This document shows positions 61,627 through 64,000 of a DNA stretch of 64,000 nt, in pieces (position 1 is the stretch's first letter; every line of letters starts with the position of its first letter). The stretch comes from Candidatus Bathyarchaeota archaeon. Lineage in GTDB: Archaea > Thermoproteota > Bathyarchaeia > Bathyarchaeales > Bathycorpusculaceae. Below the pieces are notes generated by a model. It did no database searches. It saw only the letters and a program-made list of their open reading frames with translations, and had not been told where the DNA came from. Both the position numbers and the translations under genes were made by a program. The stretch spans positions 56,404 through 120,403 of the forward strand of contig CAVRFW010000007.1 of NCBI GenBank assembly GCA_963720565.1. The letters run 5' to 3'.

Positions 61627-61850
61627 GAGAAAAAGCGCGTTCTTCCAGATCTCTTCAAGGTAGTCTTGGGCAAAATTCACAAAATTAGGAATCAAACTCG
61701 CTGCTTATCAGATATTCAGCCCAAGCTCACGCGTCTATGACGTATTTACTCAAGCGTTTTCAACTCGTCCTCAACAAAGAACGCATTCATGCCTTTCAGA
61801 ACGCCGAAGCCATCACTTTTCAACAAAGCCGCGCACTTTCTGGTGGAAAT

Positions 61851-62849
61851 TCAATCAGCCTTACCATGGTAAGGGGACATCTTCACAAGCCTCCTCATAA
61901 TAACTCTTTGGAACAATACGATCAGAAATCTGAAACCTCCGAATTCCTTCTTCATTCTTCTGAGGTAATCCTCAACGGAATTGTTCTGAAAACTGAATTC
62001 TCGCTGAGCCTCTTCAGTGTCATACCAGTCTAAATGATAGCAGTTGATGTCTTGCGTGAAATACTTTTGATCCGGCAAAGGAAGCGACAAGACGCCGAAG
62101 AAACGAGACAGAAACTCGCCGCCTCTTAGCCTCCACCCGTTCTTTTCTCCGCCTCCAAGAATATACGCCTGATTCCTCCGAGTTAACCCGGATTTCAGCT
62201 TCTCAACTCCGGCAACCAAGGCAGTAGCAACATCCGCATCTGTTATCATTTCAAGCCGCATATCCCGATGCATATCAAAAATCTCTTCCAATAAAGGAAG
62301 AATTCGACCCAATGACAAAATTGAGAGAGTCGGAAGCACACCCGCAAGCCTAAAAATAAGATAGTTATCCGCATTTTCCCTCAGGAATTCTTCACACTTA
62401 ATTTTTGACTCTTCATAATTTCCAGTAACAACCAAAGGATCATTGCGATCAACCAGTTCATCCCGCAGCTGGGTAGGCCCCATCACACTCGCCGACGAAG
62501 TGAGAACAAAGGGAATCACTCGCCCCGTCTCTCTGATCGCATTGACAAGGTTCACGGTGCCTCCATAATTGACATCCATCGTCAATTCCCGGCGAGTTTT
62601 TGAGGCCGGAGGAATTATCGCCGCAAGATGAATCACCGCGTCGCAACCCCGAACCGCCTCTCTAACATCTTCAAAATGTCGGACATCTCCAAACACTACA
62701 CGCTGGATCTTTTCTCGATACTTACGAGCATCTCTGCGGGTCTTCTTACTCTCAACATCGAACACGACTATTTCGTGACCACGCTTATGAGACTCTTCAA
62801 CTACCGATTTTCCAATGTTCCCAAAAGCGCCCGTAATCAGTATTCTCAT
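61851..62849 (-). CDS. NAD-dependent epimerase/dehydratase (extended SDR)
   Basis: ILITGAFGNIG, VIHLAA, YEESK. Confidence 0.92.
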   Translation of the reverse strand: MRILITGAFGNIGKSVVEESHKRGHEIVVFDVESKKTRRDARKYREKIQRVVFGDVRHFEDVREAVRGCDAVIHLAAIIPPASKTRRELTMDVNYGGTVNLVNAIRETGRVIPFVLTSSASVMGPTQLRDELVDRNDPLVVTGNYEESKIKCEEFLRENADNYLIFRLAGVLPTLSILSLGRILPLLEEIFDMHRDMRLEMITDADVATALVAGVEKLKSGLTRRNQAYILGGGEKNGWRLRGGEFLSRFFGVLSLPLPDQKYFTQDINCYHLDWYDTEEAQREFSFQNNSVEDYLRRMKKEFGGFRFLIVLFQRVIMRRLVKMSPYHGKAD

Positions 62850-63140
62850 CCTTTGTTTATCTTCCAGCAATTTTCAACAATCACATAATCAGTGAAGTTA
62901 CTACCAAAAGCCCCCACTGCAATACAAGCCTTTCTAGCTCCGAAGAATAAACTCCACGAAATTTTTAGCGCACACTTGAGAACCGCTCTCCAGTAGTATT
63001 AACGGTTCACCGCACGCTTCATGTTTTCTTGATCTGGTCCACAAGCTGACGATCCCCTTCTGAACTCGCGCTGTAAAACAACTTTCCAAAACACGGCGCG
63101 TAGAAAGATAATATTTTAAGTCTGGATGCACAATAACTAG

Positions 63141-63458
63141 TTGGAGAAGCTTCGATTGAGTCTCATTCCAGTAATCAGCCAACTCGGGCTGGGAGCCATC
63201 GGCGGTTTCGCAATAGGCTTCGCACTAAAGAAACTCGCTAAACTCGCGCTTGTCCTGCTGGGCATATTCATCATCGCACTGCTTTTCCTGGCGAAGGACA
63301 GCGTAATCAGCATAAACTACGAGGCGCTCTGGGCCTGGCTAGCAAACACGCTAGCGGTTGCCACTCAAGCTTTGTCCTCGGTCTTCGGCGCCATCTCGGT
63401 CCTCCCCTTCATCGGCAGCCTAGGCTTGGGCTTCCTGCTCGGCCTAAAGCTTGGCTAG
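63141..63458 (+). CDS. FUN14 family membrane protein
   Basis: LG.GAIGGFAIGFALKK...ISINY...PF.GS...GF.LG. Confidence 0.85.
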   Translation: MEKLRLSLIPVISQLGLGAIGGFAIGFALKKLAKLALVLLGIFIIALLFLAKDSVISINYEALWAWLANTLAVATQALSSVFGAISVLPFIGSLGLGFLLGLKLG

Positions 63459-63523
63459 CAATCAACAAGCGCTCATGGCGAATACTCGGTGCAGCTATTT
63501 AATAGCCCCGTAACCATAATAGT

Positions 63524-63742
63524 TTGCGAGAGAGCATAACTTCTGAAGCTCAAATGAAAAAGAGCTTACTTCTAAAACTGAACAGGAATGTCGATGGATT
63601 AAACGAGCTGGTGGAAGAGAGGCTGATCGGCTTTGAGGATCCAACTCGTGAAGACGTTGAAGCAATAAGAGAATATGAAGCTGCAAAGAAGAATGGAAAG
63701 CTGACTTTAGTGCCTCTCTCAGACTTGCTTAAAGGGACATAG
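63524..63742 (+). CDS. Putative antitoxin
   Basis: Small acidic ORF (EDPTREDVEAIREYE) directly upstream of a RelE-like gene. Confidence 0.6.
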   Translation: MRESITSEAQMKKSLLLKLNRNVDGLNELVEERLIGFEDPTREDVEAIREYEAAKKNGKLTLVPLSDLLKGT

Positions 63743-63745
63743 CGC

Positions 63746-64000
63746 TTGGCAAAATAGTCGCTTTTTGTTGAAGCCAAAGCGCAGAAACAGTTCAGTAGAC
63801 TTCCCAAAAAAATCCAAGAAAGAATGCTTGATGTTTTGAGTGGCTAGAGGAAGATGGGCTATCAGCAAGGATGGACTTGAAGAAGCTTCGAGGCTATCAG
63901 AAGCATTACCGCGTAAGATTAGGTGACTATAGGATAAGATTCGAGCTTTCTGGAGACTAAACGATCGTGGTTTATTCGATTTCACAACGAGAAAAAGCAT
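63746..64000 (+). pseudogene. RelE/ParE-family toxin, interrupted
   Basis: AQKQFSRLPKKIQERML and KKLRGY..HYRVRLGDYRI motifs, with stops and a frameshift. Confidence 0.75.

Noticed and set aside
18680..63960. Programmed frameshifting or phase variation at the many broken ORFs (about 18690, 20190, 34762, 44355, 54980, 56290, 56560, 60700, 63840)
   Set aside because: Breaks hit unrelated genes with no common slippery motif. Long-read indel error or ordinary decay is more parsimonious and cannot be resolved without reads.
1..64000. Classical integron (intI/attC)
   Set aside because: No tyrosine recombinase ORF recognised, and I could not find RYYYAAC...GTTRRRY-bounded attC hairpins. Most modules carry their own promoters and occur in both orientations.

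Overview
This is an archaeal accessory region. The gene repertoire (large PQQ-propeller, NosD and Kelch surface proteins, archaeal-type promoters and RBSs) is most consistent with Bathyarchaeia, which is an inference. Bases 1-38.4 kb hold about 20 co-oriented genes for secreted, C-terminally membrane-anchored proteins (NosD/beta-helix, Kelch, YVTN, PQQ and PD40 propellers, PKD/Ig). Their middles are unrelated, but they share a MKKTA-type head and an EPFPT-TM-KKR tail that is conserved at the nucleotide level. They are chained by ATGA overlaps, preceded by a repeated palindromic element (GTCAAG-N4-CTTKAC, element A) and followed by a second repeated element (element B) that carries the inverted copy of the same core. 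Interspersed among them, and filling 38-64 kb, is a mosaic of one- or two-gene stress, detoxification and transport modules: Fur/PerR-catalase, CorA-like, tautomerase, GYD, ferredoxin, EamA, NodIJ-like ABC, Dph6-like, cupin, DinB, TMEM175, AbrB-like plus arsM, another ABC pair, UvrD/PD-(D/E)XK remnants, an HhH-GPD glycosylase, a clan GH-A hydrolase, FUN14 and a RelE-type TA. The borders of these modules repeatedly coincide with short GCGCGC/alternating purine-pyrimidine palindromes, and gene fragments are cut at those sites. Together this suggests an undescribed cassette capture or shuffling system. No recombinase, tRNA, rRNA or CRISPR array was recognised in the window. Many single-base frameshifts may be sequencing errors.
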